Assembly (NCBI GenBank): GCA_047150005.1 | Contig: AP038806.1 | Span: forward strand, 2,976,001 to 3,040,000 | Source: Nitrospira sp. | GTDB taxonomy: Bacteria > Nitrospirota > Nitrospiria > Nitrospirales > Nitrospiraceae | DNA: 64,000 nucleotides | Direction of reading: 5' to 3' | Notes under the pieces: model-generated | Seen by the model: the letters and a program-made list of their open reading frames with translations, nothing else | Told to the model about the DNA's origin: nothing | Databases searched by the model: none | Made by a program: the position numbers and the translations under genes | Shown: in pieces, positions 53,781 through 64,000 of the stretch | How the letters are laid out: each line of letters starts with the position of its first letter | Numbering within the stretch: position 1 is the stretch's first letter

Positions 53781-55544
53781 ATGAAAATCCGGACACATCG
53801 TTGCGGTGAGTTGAACGGTTCCCACGTGGGCCAGTCGGTCGTATTGAACGGCTGGGTCCAGCGGCGCCGGGACCATGGAACCGTGATGTTCATCGACTTG
53901 CGCGACCGTACCGGCATCACGCAGGTCGTGTTCAACGCCGAGCGCAACGAAGCGGTGCACAAAGCCGCCCATACGTTGCGCAGCGAATGCGTGGTCTCGG
54001 TGACCGGTCAGGTTATGGCCAGGCCGGCGGAATCAAAGAATCCCAACTTGCCGACCGGCGACGTGGAGGTATTCGTCGATGCGGTCGAGATCCTGAACGA
54101 GGCCAAGACGCCGCCGTTCCTCATCGAAGACGAAGCCGACGTTACGGAAGCGATCCGGCTCAAATACCGCTATCTGGATTTGCGGCGTCCAAAGATGCAA
54201 CGGCTGCTAAGCCTCCGTCATGGCATCGCCCAGGCGGTGAGGACGTTCCTGAACAGCGAGGCGTTTCTCGAGGTCGAGACGCCCGTTCTTACCAAGAGCA
54301 CGCCGGAAGGGGCGCGGGACTACCTGGTTCCCAGCCGGGTCAATGCGGGACAGTTCTTCGCCCTGCCCCAGTCTCCACAGCTGTTCAAGCAGGTGTTGAT
54401 GGTCAGCGGCGTGGACCGCTACTACCAGATTGCCCGCTGTTTCCGGGACGAGGATCTCCGCAACGATCGCCAGCCCGAATTCACGCAGATCGACGTGGAA
54501 ATGTCGTTCGTCGATCGCGAGCAGGTCATGAGTCTGATGGAGCGTATGATCGTCTCGGTGTTCGAGGAGGCAGGCGGCGTGCGGCTGCCGGCACCCTTTC
54601 CGCGCATGACCTATGCCGAAGTCATAGGCCGCTACGGATCCGACAAGCCCGATCTCCGGTTCGAGATGCCGCTCCACGACGTCACGCAGTTCGCCGCGGC
54701 CAGCGAATTCAAAGTGTTCAAGGACGCCGCAACGAAGGGCGGAATCGTGAAGGCGTTGATCGTCAAGGGCGCGGCGACCATGGCGCGCAGCCGGATCGAT
54801 GCGCTCGGCGAAACGGCCAAGAGCTTCGGAGCCAAAGGACTGGCCTGGCTGAAAATCACCGCCGAGGGCCAGCTGGAATCCGTCATCGCCAAATTTCTCG
54901 ACGCCAAAGCCTTCGGCACCGCGCTGCCGGATGCCAAGCCGGGCGATCTGGTGCTGTTCGGCGCCGACAAGCCTGCGATCGTCCACGACGTGCTCGGGCG
55001 AATCCGGCTCGTGTTGGGCGAAGAATTGGGCTTGATCGACAAGACCGCCTGGAAACCCCTGTGGGTAACGGAATTTCCCTTGCTCGACTATTCGCCGGAA
55101 GAGAAGCGGTACATCTTCATGCACAATCCCTTCGCGGCGCCGATGGACGAGGACGTACCGCTGTTGGATACCGAGCCGCTGAAAGTCCGGGCCAAGGCCT
55201 ACGACATGGTGCTCAACGGCAACGAGATCGGCGGCGGCAGCATCCGCAACCACCGCAGCGAAGTGCAGCTACGGATTCTGGATCTGCTGGGCATCGGCAA
55301 AGAACAGGCTCAGGCGAAGTTCGGATTTCTGCTCGAAGCGCTCGACTACGGCGCCCCGCCACACGGTGGCATCGCCTTCGGCCTGGACCGGCTCATCATG
55401 TTGCTGGGCGGAGCCGATTCGATCCGCGACGTGATCGCGTTTCCCAAGACGCAGCGTGCGCAATGTCCGTTGACCGACGCGCCGTCGCCGGTCAGCGCCG
55501 AGCAGTTGAAAGAGTTGCGGATCAAGCTCGATCTCGTCGAGTAG
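53781..55544 (+). CDS. aspS: Aspartate-tRNA ligase
   Basis: [41 protein letters not shown]. Confidence 0.98.
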   Translation: MKIRTHRCGELNGSHVGQSVVLNGWVQRRRDHGTVMFIDLRDRTGITQVVFNAERNEAVHKAAHTLRSECVVSVTGQVMARPAESKNPNLPTGDVEVFVDAVEILNEAKTPPFLIEDEADVTEAIRLKYRYLDLRRPKMQRLLSLRHGIAQAVRTFLNSEAFLEVETPVLTKSTPEGARDYLVPSRVNAGQFFALPQSPQLFKQVLMVSGVDRYYQIARCFRDEDLRNDRQPEFTQIDVEMSFVDREQVMSLMERMIVSVFEEAGGVRLPAPFPRMTYAEVIGRYGSDKPDLRFEMPLHDVTQFAAASEFKVFKDAATKGGIVKALIVKGAATMARSRIDALGETAKSFGAKGLAWLKITAEGQLESVIAKFLDAKAFGTALPDAKPGDLVLFGADKPAIVHDVLGRIRLVLGEELGLIDKTAWKPLWVTEFPLLDYSPEEKRYIFMHNPFAAPMDEDVPLLDTEPLKVRAKAYDMVLNGNEIGGGSIRNHRSEVQLRILDLLGIGKEQAQAKFGFLLEALDYGAPPHGGIAFGLDRLIMLLGGADSIRDVIAFPKTQRAQCPLTDAPSPVSAEQLKELRIKLDLVE

Positions 55545-55579
55545 CCCTGTCGCCCTGTTAGCGAGGAGCGCCTCAACCG

Positions 55580-56743
55580 ATGGCCGCCAACACGTTCGGT
55601 CGGGTCTTTACCGTAACATCGTTCGGCGAAAGTCACGGCCCTGCGATCGGCTGCGTCGTCGACGGCTGTCCTCCGGGCCTGGTCCTTGCTCCCGAAGACA
55701 TCCAGAAGGATCTCGACCGGCGCAAGCCGGGCACGTCCCGCCACGTGACGCAGCGGCAGGAGAGCGACACAGTCGAGATTCTCTCGGGCGTCTTCGAAGG
55801 AAAGACGACCGGCACGCCGATCGCCCTGTTGATCCGAAACCAGGACGCCCGCAGCAGGGACTACGGCAACCTCATCGACACCTTCCGCCCCGGCCATGCC
55901 GACTATACCTATTGGCAGAAGTACGGCATCCGCGATCATCGGGGCGGGGGGCGCGCGTCGGCCAGGGAAACGGCGGTTCGGGTCGCGGCCGCTGCGATTG
56001 CGAGAAAATGGCTTCATGAGCACTACGGCGTCGTCATCCGAGGGTATCTGAGCCAGCTCGGGCCATTATCCATTCCGTTCAGGAGTTGGGACGCGGTGGG
56101 AACCAATGCATTCTTCGCGGCGGATCCCGGCATGGTGGACAAGCTCGAATCCTTCATGGACGACCTGCGCAAGTCCGGCGATTCCGTCGGGGCCAGAATT
56201 ACGGCCGTGGCCGAGCACGTGCCGGTCGGATGGGGCGCGCCGGTCTACGCGAAATTGGATGCCGATCTGGCCGCGGCGATGATGAGCATCAACGCGGTCA
56301 AAGCCGTGGAGATTGGAGCGGGGTTTGCCTCCGTGGCCCAACGGGGATCCGAACACGGCGACGAATTGACTCCGGAAGGATTCGCCACCAACCATGCCGG
56401 GGGGATCCTTGGGGGCATTTCGACCGGCCAAGACATCGTCGTCTCGATCGGGATTAAGCCCACGTCGAGCATTCGCATCCCTCGCCGTTCCATCGATAAG
56501 GCCGGCCGACCCACAACGATCGAAACCAACGGACGCCACGATCCCTGCGTCGGCCTTCGCGCGACGCCGGTCGCTGAAGCGATGTTGGCGCTGGTCTTGA
56601 TGGATCATGCGTTGCTGCACCGGGCGCAGAACGCCGACGTCCGCACGTCCACTCCGAAAATCGCGGGATCGCTCGCCGGTCCTCGCTCACCGGTCCGCAC
56701 GCCGTCTGCAGCGAAAGTCGATCCGGAACCCCACGAAGCGTAG
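55580..56743 (+). CDS. aroC: Chorismate synthase
   Basis: FGESHG, RPGHAD, RASARET, GRHDPCV. Confidence 0.98.
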   Translation: MAANTFGRVFTVTSFGESHGPAIGCVVDGCPPGLVLAPEDIQKDLDRRKPGTSRHVTQRQESDTVEILSGVFEGKTTGTPIALLIRNQDARSRDYGNLIDTFRPGHADYTYWQKYGIRDHRGGGRASARETAVRVAAAAIARKWLHEHYGVVIRGYLSQLGPLSIPFRSWDAVGTNAFFAADPGMVDKLESFMDDLRKSGDSVGARITAVAEHVPVGWGAPVYAKLDADLAAAMMSINAVKAVEIGAGFASVAQRGSEHGDELTPEGFATNHAGGILGGISTGQDIVVSIGIKPTSSIRIPRRSIDKAGRPTTIETNGRHDPCVGLRATPVAEAMLALVLMDHALLHRAQNADVRTSTPKIAGSLAGPRSPVRTPSAAKVDPEPHEA

Positions 56744-56757
56744 CAGCCCGGTCATCA

Positions 56758-57555
56758 ATGTCCTTCGCCGACGATGGGAACATCCTCGACATCCGCAACG
56801 CTACCGTCTATCGCGGCGATACCTGCGTCTTCGACGATCTCTCCTTCGCACTGGAAGAGGACCGGCACACGGCCATTCTCGGGCCGAACGGAGCCGGCAA
56901 GTCCACTATCCTCAAACTCCTGGCCGGTGAAGTGCATCCGGTCGCGGACGATCGCATGTCGATCCGCGTGTTCGGACAGGCTCAGTGGAGCGTATGGGAC
57001 GTGCGCAAACGGCTCGGGATGGTGTCACACGATCTTCAGCACCGGTACTTGGACGATGTCACCGGACTGAAAGTCGTCCTGTCCGGTTTTTATGCCAGCA
57101 TCGGCATCTACGAGCGGCAGGATTTCAACTACGGCCAGCTTGCGCGGGCCGACGAGGTTCTGGTCGATCTGGGCGCGCACGGACTCAGGGACAAGCCGTT
57201 CGGCGAGATGTCCACGGGAGAGCAGCGCCGTTGTCTGCTCGGCCGGGCGTTAGTGCATGATCCGCCCGCACTCGTGCTGGACGAGCCGACCAGCGGTCTC
57301 GATTTGACGGCCACGTTTCACTATTTGGATCTGGTCCGGCGGCACATGCGGCAGGGAAAAACCGTGCTGCTCGTCACCCACCATATCCATGAGATCCCGC
57401 CGGAGATCAAGCGGGTCGTGCTCCTCAAGCGCGGCAAGATTCTTCACGATGGGGAGAAGCGAGAGGTATTGACGGACAGGAGCTTATCAGAGCTATTCGA
57501 CTGCCCTGTCACGCTGGCCCAGGCCAATGGCTGGTATCAGGCACTGCAGGGATAA
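56758..57555 (+). CDS. ABC ATP-binding protein (ModF/YlmA-like)
   Basis: GPNGAGKST, MSTGEQRR, LDEPTSGLD, VTHH. Confidence 0.88.
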   Translation: MSFADDGNILDIRNATVYRGDTCVFDDLSFALEEDRHTAILGPNGAGKSTILKLLAGEVHPVADDRMSIRVFGQAQWSVWDVRKRLGMVSHDLQHRYLDDVTGLKVVLSGFYASIGIYERQDFNYGQLARADEVLVDLGAHGLRDKPFGEMSTGEQRRCLLGRALVHDPPALVLDEPTSGLDLTATFHYLDLVRRHMRQGKTVLLVTHHIHEIPPEIKRVVLLKRGKILHDGEKREVLTDRSLSELFDCPVTLAQANGWYQALQG

Positions 57556-57630
57556 GGGACTGGCTCCGGCGCAGGCGGCGGCTAAGGGACAGCCACCGGT
57601 CGGAAGGGTGGCAGTCCCTTAGCCGCCGCC
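57553..57630. terminator. Long hairpin between convergent genes (bidirectional terminator or REP-like)
   Basis: ggcggcggctaagggacagccacc/ggtggcagtcccttagccgccgcc 24-bp stem with one mismatch; extra taagggact copy upstream. Confidence 0.65.
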
Positions 57631-58683
57631 CAACACGACGTGGAAGGTGAGGTCCGCATCGATGCGGCGGACTTTGACCGCTACCCGCTGGCCTGGGACG
57701 GTCCGTTCGATCAGATAGTTCTTCAGCTGGGCCGCATCCAGAATTTCCGTGTCCTCGATTGCGAGCAATAGATCATGTTTCTGGATGCCGGCTGATTTGG
57801 CCGGCTCGCCCACGTCCTTGACGGCGATCCGCCATTTGGTGCCGTCTTTCACGGTTGTCATGTGAATGCCGAGCTTCGAGAAGGCCAAGGGCTTGCCGCT
57901 CAGCGCGGCATTGACCATGCGCTCCGCCAGCGTCGTCGGAATGGCGAACGCGAGGCGGCTGCAATGACCCTGCAGCTCGTCTTTCTCCGTCTGGATGATG
58001 GCGTGCATGACCCCGACGACTTCGCCTACGGCGTTGAAGAGTGCTCCACCGGAGTTGCCGCTGCAGACAGACAGGTCGGTCTGCAGGAGGCGTGTATCGA
58101 CCGTCTGGAGGAAGGTATTGGCGTTGCCGATCCGCCCGAACGCCATCGTCGGTCCCCAGCCCAGCGGATAGCCGACGGTAAACACCTCCGTGCCTGGTCC
58201 GGCCTCGCTCGCGGCGAAGGGAGCTGCCGCAGCGATCGTGGGCCGGTCCTTCTCGTTCAGCCGATAGACGACGACGTCCAGATAGGCGCTGTCGCCGACC
58301 AATTGCGCGACAAGCTCGTGGAGGTCGGTCGTCAGGACATGGATGATCCTGGCAATGGTCGGCCCTGAGGGACTGTTCTTTTCGACTGCATGGCGCGCGG
58401 TGACGATATAGCCGTCGCGCAGATGGAACCCGGTGCCACGGACGGCGATCCGACCGGGTTTGTCCGGCGTGCGGGGGTCTTGTGTATCTTCCAACACGCC
58501 GACAGTGGCGCGCTTGGCCTGCTCCAGGATGGCAGCCTGGTCCGATGAGCCGGCCGACGATGGAGCGGGCAATCCGATCGACCCGGTCAGCATGAGACAG
58601 ACTGCCGCTGCTTGAAGCCGCCACCACTTCACGTGAATCTCCCTCCTTGAACGTGTGCGCATCGCGCGCATACCCGATGACAT
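57619..58683 (-). CDS. Trypsin-like serine protease with PDZ domain (HtrA-like); start uncertain
   Basis: GTGF, TARH, GNSGGAL, C-terminal PDZ-like region. Confidence 0.85.
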   Translation of the reverse strand: MSSGMRAMRTRSRREIHVKWWRLQAAAVCLMLTGSIGLPAPSSAGSSDQAAILEQAKRATVGVLEDTQDPRTPDKPGRIAVRGTGFHLRDGYIVTARHAVEKNSPSGPTIARIIHVLTTDLHELVAQLVGDSAYLDVVVYRLNEKDRPTIAAAAPFAASEAGPGTEVFTVGYPLGWGPTMAFGRIGNANTFLQTVDTRLLQTDLSVCSGNSGGALFNAVGEVVGVMHAIIQTEKDELQGHCSRLAFAIPTTLAERMVNAALSGKPLAFSKLGIHMTTVKDGTKWRIAVKDVGEPAKSAGIQKHDLLLAIEDTEILDAAQLKNYLIERTVPGQRVAVKVRRIDADLTFHVVLGGG

Positions 58684-58685
58684 CG

Positions 58686-59141
58686 CTATTTTTTCCGGAA
58701 TCCGAAAAAGACCCCGGCGGCGCCGGCTCCGGCCGACGGCAGGTACCCGGACAGGGTCTGTCTTAATCCTTGAGCCCCTTGTTGGATGGAGGCGGCCGCC
58801 TGGCTGACCTGGGTTTCCACGGAACCCCAGTCCAAATCGATCCAGCCCGTGTTTTTCAAGAGGGCGATGGAGGCCAGGATGCCGCCGGCAATCAGCGCCG
58901 CGATCCTCAGGAACCGTCGGAAGGCCCAGCCGATGAAGTAGCCGCCTAAATAGCTGCCTCCGAAGCGGGCGACGTCGGGGGAGGAGAAGTTCGTGATCCA
59001 GGCGATCAGGCCGGCGACGGTGGCGGCGGACACCGCCACGAACGACTTGGCCGTCCAGGGTCCATCCGCGACCAGTGTCTCGAAGAATCCCCGCGGCGCA
59101 GGTGAGGCTCCTTCCGCGTCGTCGTCGATCGGCTCCTTCAC
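58686..59141 (-). CDS. FUN14-family membrane protein
   Basis: GGYFIGWAFRRFLRIAALIAG...GWIDLDW pattern. Confidence 0.7.
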   Translation of the reverse strand: MKEPIDDDAEGASPAPRGFFETLVADGPWTAKSFVAVSAATVAGLIAWITNFSSPDVARFGGSYLGGYFIGWAFRRFLRIAALIAGGILASIALLKNTGWIDLDWGSVETQVSQAAASIQQGAQGLRQTLSGYLPSAGAGAAGVFFGFRKK

Positions 59142-60007
59142 AGGCTCTTACCGGCAAACGTGTCGCACGCCCGCGGATCTCCCGACTCCAACCCTCGGCG
59201 GAGCCAGGTCATCCGCTGTTCCGATGAGCCGTGGGTCCAGCTCTCCGGACGGACGTGGCCTTGGGACTTTCTCTGCAGTTGATCGTCGCCGATCGCTCGC
59301 GCGGCGCGCAGACCTTCTTCGAAGTCTCCCGGCTCGATGAGATTACGCTCCCGCTTGGCGTGGTGGCCCCAGACACCGGCGAAACAGTCGGCCTGGAGTT
59401 CCATCCGCACGGACAGGGCGTTGCCCTCGGGTTCCGACCCCCTGCGCTGCAGCCTGCTGACCCGCTCGGCCGTGCCGACAAGATTTTGGACGTGGTGGCC
59501 GACCTCATGGGCGATCACGTAGGCCTGGGCAAAATCGCCCGGCGCACCGAGCCGGTGAGACAGTTCGTTGAAGAACGACAAGTCGAGGTAGACCTTGTGA
59601 TCGCCGGGGCAATAGAAGGGGCCGACGGCGGATGAGGCCGTGCCGCAAGCGGATTGCACCGCGCCGGTGAACAACACCAGCCGCGGGTCTTCGTAGGGAC
59701 GCCCGAGTGCCGGCAGGAGTTGCCCCCAGGTCCGTTCGGTGTCCGCCAGCACGACGGATGCAAATTTCCCCAATTCATCTGACGGAGGTCCGGTTGGTCC
59801 TGTTTCTTGGGAGGACTCCGGCGGCAGGCTCTGGACCCCGCCGAGCATTTCCAGGAGGGCGAGAGGATTCGTGCCGGTAAAATAACTGACCGCCAACACG
59901 AGGACAATCCCGCCCAATCCGAGACCTCCGACGCCGCCGACGCGCGCCGGTCCCATCCCGCGACGGTCTTCGACGTTCTGGCTCTCCTGTTGCCCTTCCC
60001 AGCGCAT
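59138..60007 (-). CDS. Neutral zinc metallopeptidase (YpfJ family)
   Basis: NVEDRRG, GPFYCPGD, AHEVGHHVQ, ELQADCFAG, THGSSEQR. Confidence 0.92.
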   Translation of the reverse strand: MRWEGQQESQNVEDRRGMGPARVGGVGGLGLGGIVLVLAVSYFTGTNPLALLEMLGGVQSLPPESSQETGPTGPPSDELGKFASVVLADTERTWGQLLPALGRPYEDPRLVLFTGAVQSACGTASSAVGPFYCPGDHKVYLDLSFFNELSHRLGAPGDFAQAYVIAHEVGHHVQNLVGTAERVSRLQRRGSEPEGNALSVRMELQADCFAGVWGHHAKRERNLIEPGDFEEGLRAARAIGDDQLQRKSQGHVRPESWTHGSSEQRMTWLRRGLESGDPRACDTFAGKSL

Positions 60008-60171
60008 GATCTCTCCGATGCACGCTAGTCTGTCATGGAAGCATATCTGTAGGAAAGGATCAACACCTGCCCGGAAGCCTCAAGCATCGTGATATTGCTA
60101 AGGCATAAGGCAGCGACTATACTGCCCACGTTGCGAGGGGATCCGAGGCGCTTGGATCAAGGAGGGGGAAC

Positions 60172-60600
60172 ATGGCTGTGCGTAGAACGGGACTGTTGGG
60201 CATCGCCGTCGTCGCCTGCGCGCTCGTCGCCGGCGCCTGTACCGTGACAGAGTCGGTGAAGGGAACACTCAACGATATATCCGACTTTACTTCCAGCACC
60301 ACGCCTGGCGCCTGGTCCAAAGATGGATTGCTGCGAGCCGAACATCGCCAGATCATTTTTGCCACCTACAACTATGAAAACGTGAAACGGGATATCGCCA
60401 GGGGAGAGGGCGAGCATCTCGCGTCCCTCGCCACGTTGCTGGGAGTTGCCGAGAGCCGGAGTCAGGAATTCGGGCTTCTTGCGCAGGCTCGCTATACGGA
60501 GATCGAGTCGCCCAAGACTTCGCCCGAGGAGATGTTGACGTCCATGAAGGCGATCGTGCGCGACCATCCGGAGTTGGTCCTGGTGGCCGACGCGAGGTAG
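60172..60600 (+). CDS. DUF3015-like lipoprotein
   Basis: Lipobox-like LVAGAC; DIARGEGEHLASLATLLGV. Confidence 0.7.
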   Translation: MAVRRTGLLGIAVVACALVAGACTVTESVKGTLNDISDFTSSTTPGAWSKDGLLRAEHRQIIFATYNYENVKRDIARGEGEHLASLATLLGVAESRSQEFGLLAQARYTEIESPKTSPEEMLTSMKAIVRDHPELVLVADAR

Positions 60601-60669
60601 CGCGGCTCTCGTCTGGACGTAGCCTCGATCAGTCTGCCTGGACGATCTTTCATTCCCTTCCGGCTGAGC

Positions 60670-61317
60670 ATGCCTAGGCAAGGTTTCCCTCCCCGTAAGC
60701 CGCTCACGCTCGCTTTCCACAAACCGTACGACGTGCTGCCCTGTTTCACCGATCCGGAACGCAGAGCTAGGCTGAGAGAGTTCATTCGGATTCCCGGAGT
60801 GTACGCCGCGGGTCGGCTGGACAAGGACAGTGAAGGCCTCATGATCCTGACGTCGGACGGTGGACTTGCCCATCGCATTACCGATCCTACAGAGAAACTG
60901 CCAAAGGTGTACTTGGCTCAGGTCGAACGGATTCCCGAGGAGGCGGCATTGGAGAGGCTGCGACGAGGGGTACGGCTCGGTGACAAGCGGACCAGACCTG
61001 CCTTGGTCCGTCTCCTGCCTCAGGCGCCGGCGTTGCCGGAACGGCCTGTGCCGATCCGCTACAGGAAGAACGTCCCTACCGCATGGCTGGAACTGACGCT
61101 TCGGGAAGGGATGAATCGACAGGTCCGGCGCATGACCGCCGCGGTCGGGCATCCGACCTTGAGGCTGGTACGGATCGCGATCGGCCCGATCATGCTCGAC
61201 GGCCTGCAGCCAGGGCAATGGCGGAAGCTCTCGCCGGAGGAATTGGCGGCGCTCCGGCAGCCGGTCTTCGACGAGCTTCGCCCCGGCGATTTGCCGCTGA
61301 ATCCCGCAGGCGAGTAG
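60670..61317 (+). CDS. rluE: Pseudouridine synthase RluE-like
   Basis: FHKPYDVL, YAAGRLDKDSEGL, PIRYRKNVPT, EGMNRQVRRMTA. Confidence 0.88.
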   Translation: MPRQGFPPRKPLTLAFHKPYDVLPCFTDPERRARLREFIRIPGVYAAGRLDKDSEGLMILTSDGGLAHRITDPTEKLPKVYLAQVERIPEEAALERLRRGVRLGDKRTRPALVRLLPQAPALPERPVPIRYRKNVPTAWLELTLREGMNRQVRRMTAAVGHPTLRLVRIAIGPIMLDGLQPGQWRKLSPEELAALRQPVFDELRPGDLPLNPAGE

Positions 61318-61493
61318 CCCACGTGTCGACTGCCCACAAGGCTGAATTACCTGCCCACTGACCCACGACCCCCCACCTGGCTGGATTCCGTTCCGGCAGC
61401 TCCGATACACTGCGGCGATTTCATTCACCACCACTGACGGCGTCATGCGGTCGTCCTGCCGGAGTACCAGGTCCGTATGGCTCGGTCGATTCA

Positions 61494-63104
61494 ATGGACG
61501 AACACATCCGCACGTCTGATCGTTGGGGAGTGGCGTTCGGCATTCTGTGCTTCGTCGTCGCCGGAGGCCTTCTCGCCATAGGGCTCGACCTGCTTACCTT
61601 CGTGCTGCCGTCCTCTCCACGTACGGGCATGTCCGGCACATGGGAGCCGGCGAAATTGGGATGGATCGCAGGCCTCTGCGTTCTGGCCTCCGGCCTCTGG
61701 GCCGCCAACGCGCGGAGCCTGTTGCGCCCCCACTCTCGCCGGCGGACGATGGTCGAGGACTGGTCCCTGCCGGCCGGGTTGCTCTGGTTGATCCCGACCC
61801 TTCTGAGCGGTCTCGTCTATTACCCGATTCCGTACTTCAACCACCATATCGACAAGTTCGTGCTGGCCATTGGTCTCCTCCTCGCGTGGGCCGCCTGGTT
61901 CTTCGTCCATCCGAGCAGCCTCGCCCGGATGCTCGAGACACGCGCGTACGGCTGGTTACGGATCGCCCTGATCAACGTGGTGGTGTTCTTGCTGATCGCG
62001 GAATTTACCCTCCGGGCGGCCGATCCATTGTTGGCGCGGAGCGGCCTGTTCGGCTCCGCCCGAGACACGCCTGGAGGAGGGATTCCTCATCAAGTCACCG
62101 ACCAGTCCGGCATGACAACGAATGCTCTGGGATTCCGCGACCGGGAGCGAACGATCGAGCGGAAGTCTTCTACCTGGCGCGTCGTCGCGCTGGGGGACTC
62201 ATTCACGTGGGGGGCCGGCGCGCGGTACGACGAGGCGTACCTGACTTTGGTGGAACGGACGCTGGCCGGTGAACGGCCCGGCGCGGAAGTGATCAATCTC
62301 GGCATGGTGGGCTATCAGCCGGAAGAATATCTTGCGCTGCTCAAGGACCACGGGCTGTCGTACCAACCGGACCTCGTGCTCGTGAACTTTTTCATCGGCA
62401 ATGACTTTATGCCGGCGCAAGGCGCGCACATGGTCGTCGCCGGTCTTCGACACCGGGTGCACGTCAATGGCAACTGGTTTCATGACCGACTCTCCTGGGA
62501 CCACTGGTATCTGTCGCACGACCTGGCCTACGTACGAGTCTTGGGCGAGGCGTGGTTCCGGCGGATGCTGGGCAAACCCGATCTGGGCATGTTCGCGTCC
62601 GATCCCGCTCCTGCAGCGTCTGACGAGCCCCAGGCCTTTGCCGGCTGGAGCCCTCGGTACGTCCGCATGATTCAGGGCATGCGGGACCAGTATCTCAGAG
62701 CCGACAGTCCTGTCTTTCTCGCGCGCTGGAACGAGACGAAGGCGGTGCTCGAGCAGATCGATGAACTGCTTCGCGCGCGCGCGGTTCCCTGGGTATTGGT
62801 GCTCCTTCCCGCCGAAGAACAGGTCGATCCCCGGTTGCAGCGACTGTACATCGACATGAGCGGCGGCGTGGCGGATGAGTACGAATTCATGAAGCCGCAA
62901 CGCCTGCTGTCCGCATGGGCCGGAGAACGAGGGCTCGCGGTCATCGACCTCACCAGTTCTTTCGTTGTGGAAGCAACCGACCGCCGCCTCTATGTTGACA
63001 ACGACATCCATTGGAACGCTGCCGGGAATGCGCTGGCCGCCGGCACGGTGCTGAACACACTGCAGCCCCTGCTTCGGCGTATGGCGGGAACCGCGTCCGA
63101 TTGA
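61494..63104 (+). CDS. Membrane-bound SGNH/GDSL hydrolase or acyltransferase
   Basis: N-terminal TMs; LGDSFTWG, NLG, GND, DIHWN motifs. Confidence 0.85.
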   Translation: MDEHIRTSDRWGVAFGILCFVVAGGLLAIGLDLLTFVLPSSPRTGMSGTWEPAKLGWIAGLCVLASGLWAANARSLLRPHSRRRTMVEDWSLPAGLLWLIPTLLSGLVYYPIPYFNHHIDKFVLAIGLLLAWAAWFFVHPSSLARMLETRAYGWLRIALINVVVFLLIAEFTLRAADPLLARSGLFGSARDTPGGGIPHQVTDQSGMTTNALGFRDRERTIERKSSTWRVVALGDSFTWGAGARYDEAYLTLVERTLAGERPGAEVINLGMVGYQPEEYLALLKDHGLSYQPDLVLVNFFIGNDFMPAQGAHMVVAGLRHRVHVNGNWFHDRLSWDHWYLSHDLAYVRVLGEAWFRRMLGKPDLGMFASDPAPAASDEPQAFAGWSPRYVRMIQGMRDQYLRADSPVFLARWNETKAVLEQIDELLRARAVPWVLVLLPAEEQVDPRLQRLYIDMSGGVADEYEFMKPQRLLSAWAGERGLAVIDLTSSFVVEATDRRLYVDNDIHWNAAGNALAAGTVLNTLQPLLRRMAGTASD

Positions 63105-63122
63105 TGGAGAGAGAGAACGGGC

Positions 63123-63947
63123 CTATCGATGCTTGATCATGCGGCCGATGATGCCGATGCCGATGCCGAGCAGGATGTAGCCGATCAACACGTTCACGAT
63201 GACCACACCTTGGCTGATGACGTTCGACGGTTGGTAGTCGACGAGGCCCAAGGCGGCGGTGACGTTGACGGAATAGTAGAAGCCGGACCAGAAGGGAATC
63301 CATGGGGCGGTCATCATGTTGTCCATCGGCTGGAGCCAGCGGATCTGGTAAAAGAGTTCATAAAGCAGCCCGAACACACCGAGCGTGCCGGTCACCCACA
63401 GGCCCCAGCGGGAAAAGCTGGTGCCGTAGTTGCTTGTGGCCTTCCAGGCCAGTTGAGCCCAGGGGTGCTTCCCCTGCATCTTGGCCCAGGCGACGCGGGC
63501 GTTGCGTTCGTTCAGGTATTCCGCTTCCGACCATTCCAATTCGCCGACTTCCGCGAAACAGTGGTTCGCGCGCGAATAGGACCGCACGGCGAAATGCTGC
63601 AAGTCGTGTGTGGCCGGACCACTGTCCGCGGTTTGCGCGGCCCGTTCGCCCAATCGTCCGGCATTGGAGTAGGCACGCCCCGCCTGGGAGAATTGTTCGA
63701 GCCGGTGTAATTGCCCGCCGGCCTGATGATAGGCCTGGGCTGCCTTTGCCGGATCCCGGCCTTCCAGAAAGTGCGCGGCTGCCAGGAAATAAAAGGCCGA
63801 TTGCATCACCTCGGCCCGCCCATCCTTCCTGCCGAAGTCTTCCGCTTTCCGCAGCACGGCATCGGCCGACTGAGCGGCTTCGAGCTCAAGCTCGCCCCGT
63901 CTGTAAAATTCCTGTGCAGCGGGATCGGTGAATGTGACCTGGCTCAT
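63123..63947 (-). CDS. Helical-repeat protein fused to a 2-TM ion-channel-like domain
   Basis: TPR/SNAP-like N-terminus; TSNYGTS, TM, FYYSVNVTAALGLVDYQP, TM. Confidence 0.65.
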   Translation of the reverse strand: MSQVTFTDPAAQEFYRRGELELEAAQSADAVLRKAEDFGRKDGRAEVMQSAFYFLAAAHFLEGRDPAKAAQAYHQAGGQLHRLEQFSQAGRAYSNAGRLGERAAQTADSGPATHDLQHFAVRSYSRANHCFAEVGELEWSEAEYLNERNARVAWAKMQGKHPWAQLAWKATSNYGTSFSRWGLWVTGTLGVFGLLYELFYQIRWLQPMDNMMTAPWIPFWSGFYYSVNVTAALGLVDYQPSNVISQGVVIVNVLIGYILLGIGIGIIGRMIKHR

Positions 63948-64000
63948 GAGGAGTCTCCGGCGGCGCGCTATCGTACCGCACTGTCGGGTAACAGGGAAAG

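Overview
GC-rich bacterial chromosome segment, most likely from Nitrospira (inferred from the Nitrospira-type chlorite dismutase and overall gene style). Most of it is housekeeping: rpoH-groES-groEL, narK-like MFS, ribBA-ribH-nusB-purB-cld-purC-purS-purQ-[IS5]-purL-purF, recG, ppx, scpAB, guaBA, rluB, aspS, aroC, rluE. The standout is a ~9 kb hybrid RiPP cluster at 17.66-26.70 kb. It encodes a lasso-type B2 leader peptidase, an ABC exporter, one degenerate and one intact MvdD/RimK-like ATP-grasp ligase, a PqqD/RRE, an HPr-kinase-like kinase, a sterol-desaturase-family enzyme and a nucleotidyltransferase. It also contains three 40-44 aa precursor genes that the ORF track missed; they share a lasso-type leader (YTEPVL...DIT-G/A) and have KYR[ED]-containing cores. 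No lasso cyclase is present in the window. The window also holds an intact IS5, MITE-like CTAG-bounded elements, a structured intergenic repeat family with covarying stems, heptamer-based palindromic spacers and several apparently leaderless genes. All assignments come from reading motifs by eye; no searches were run.
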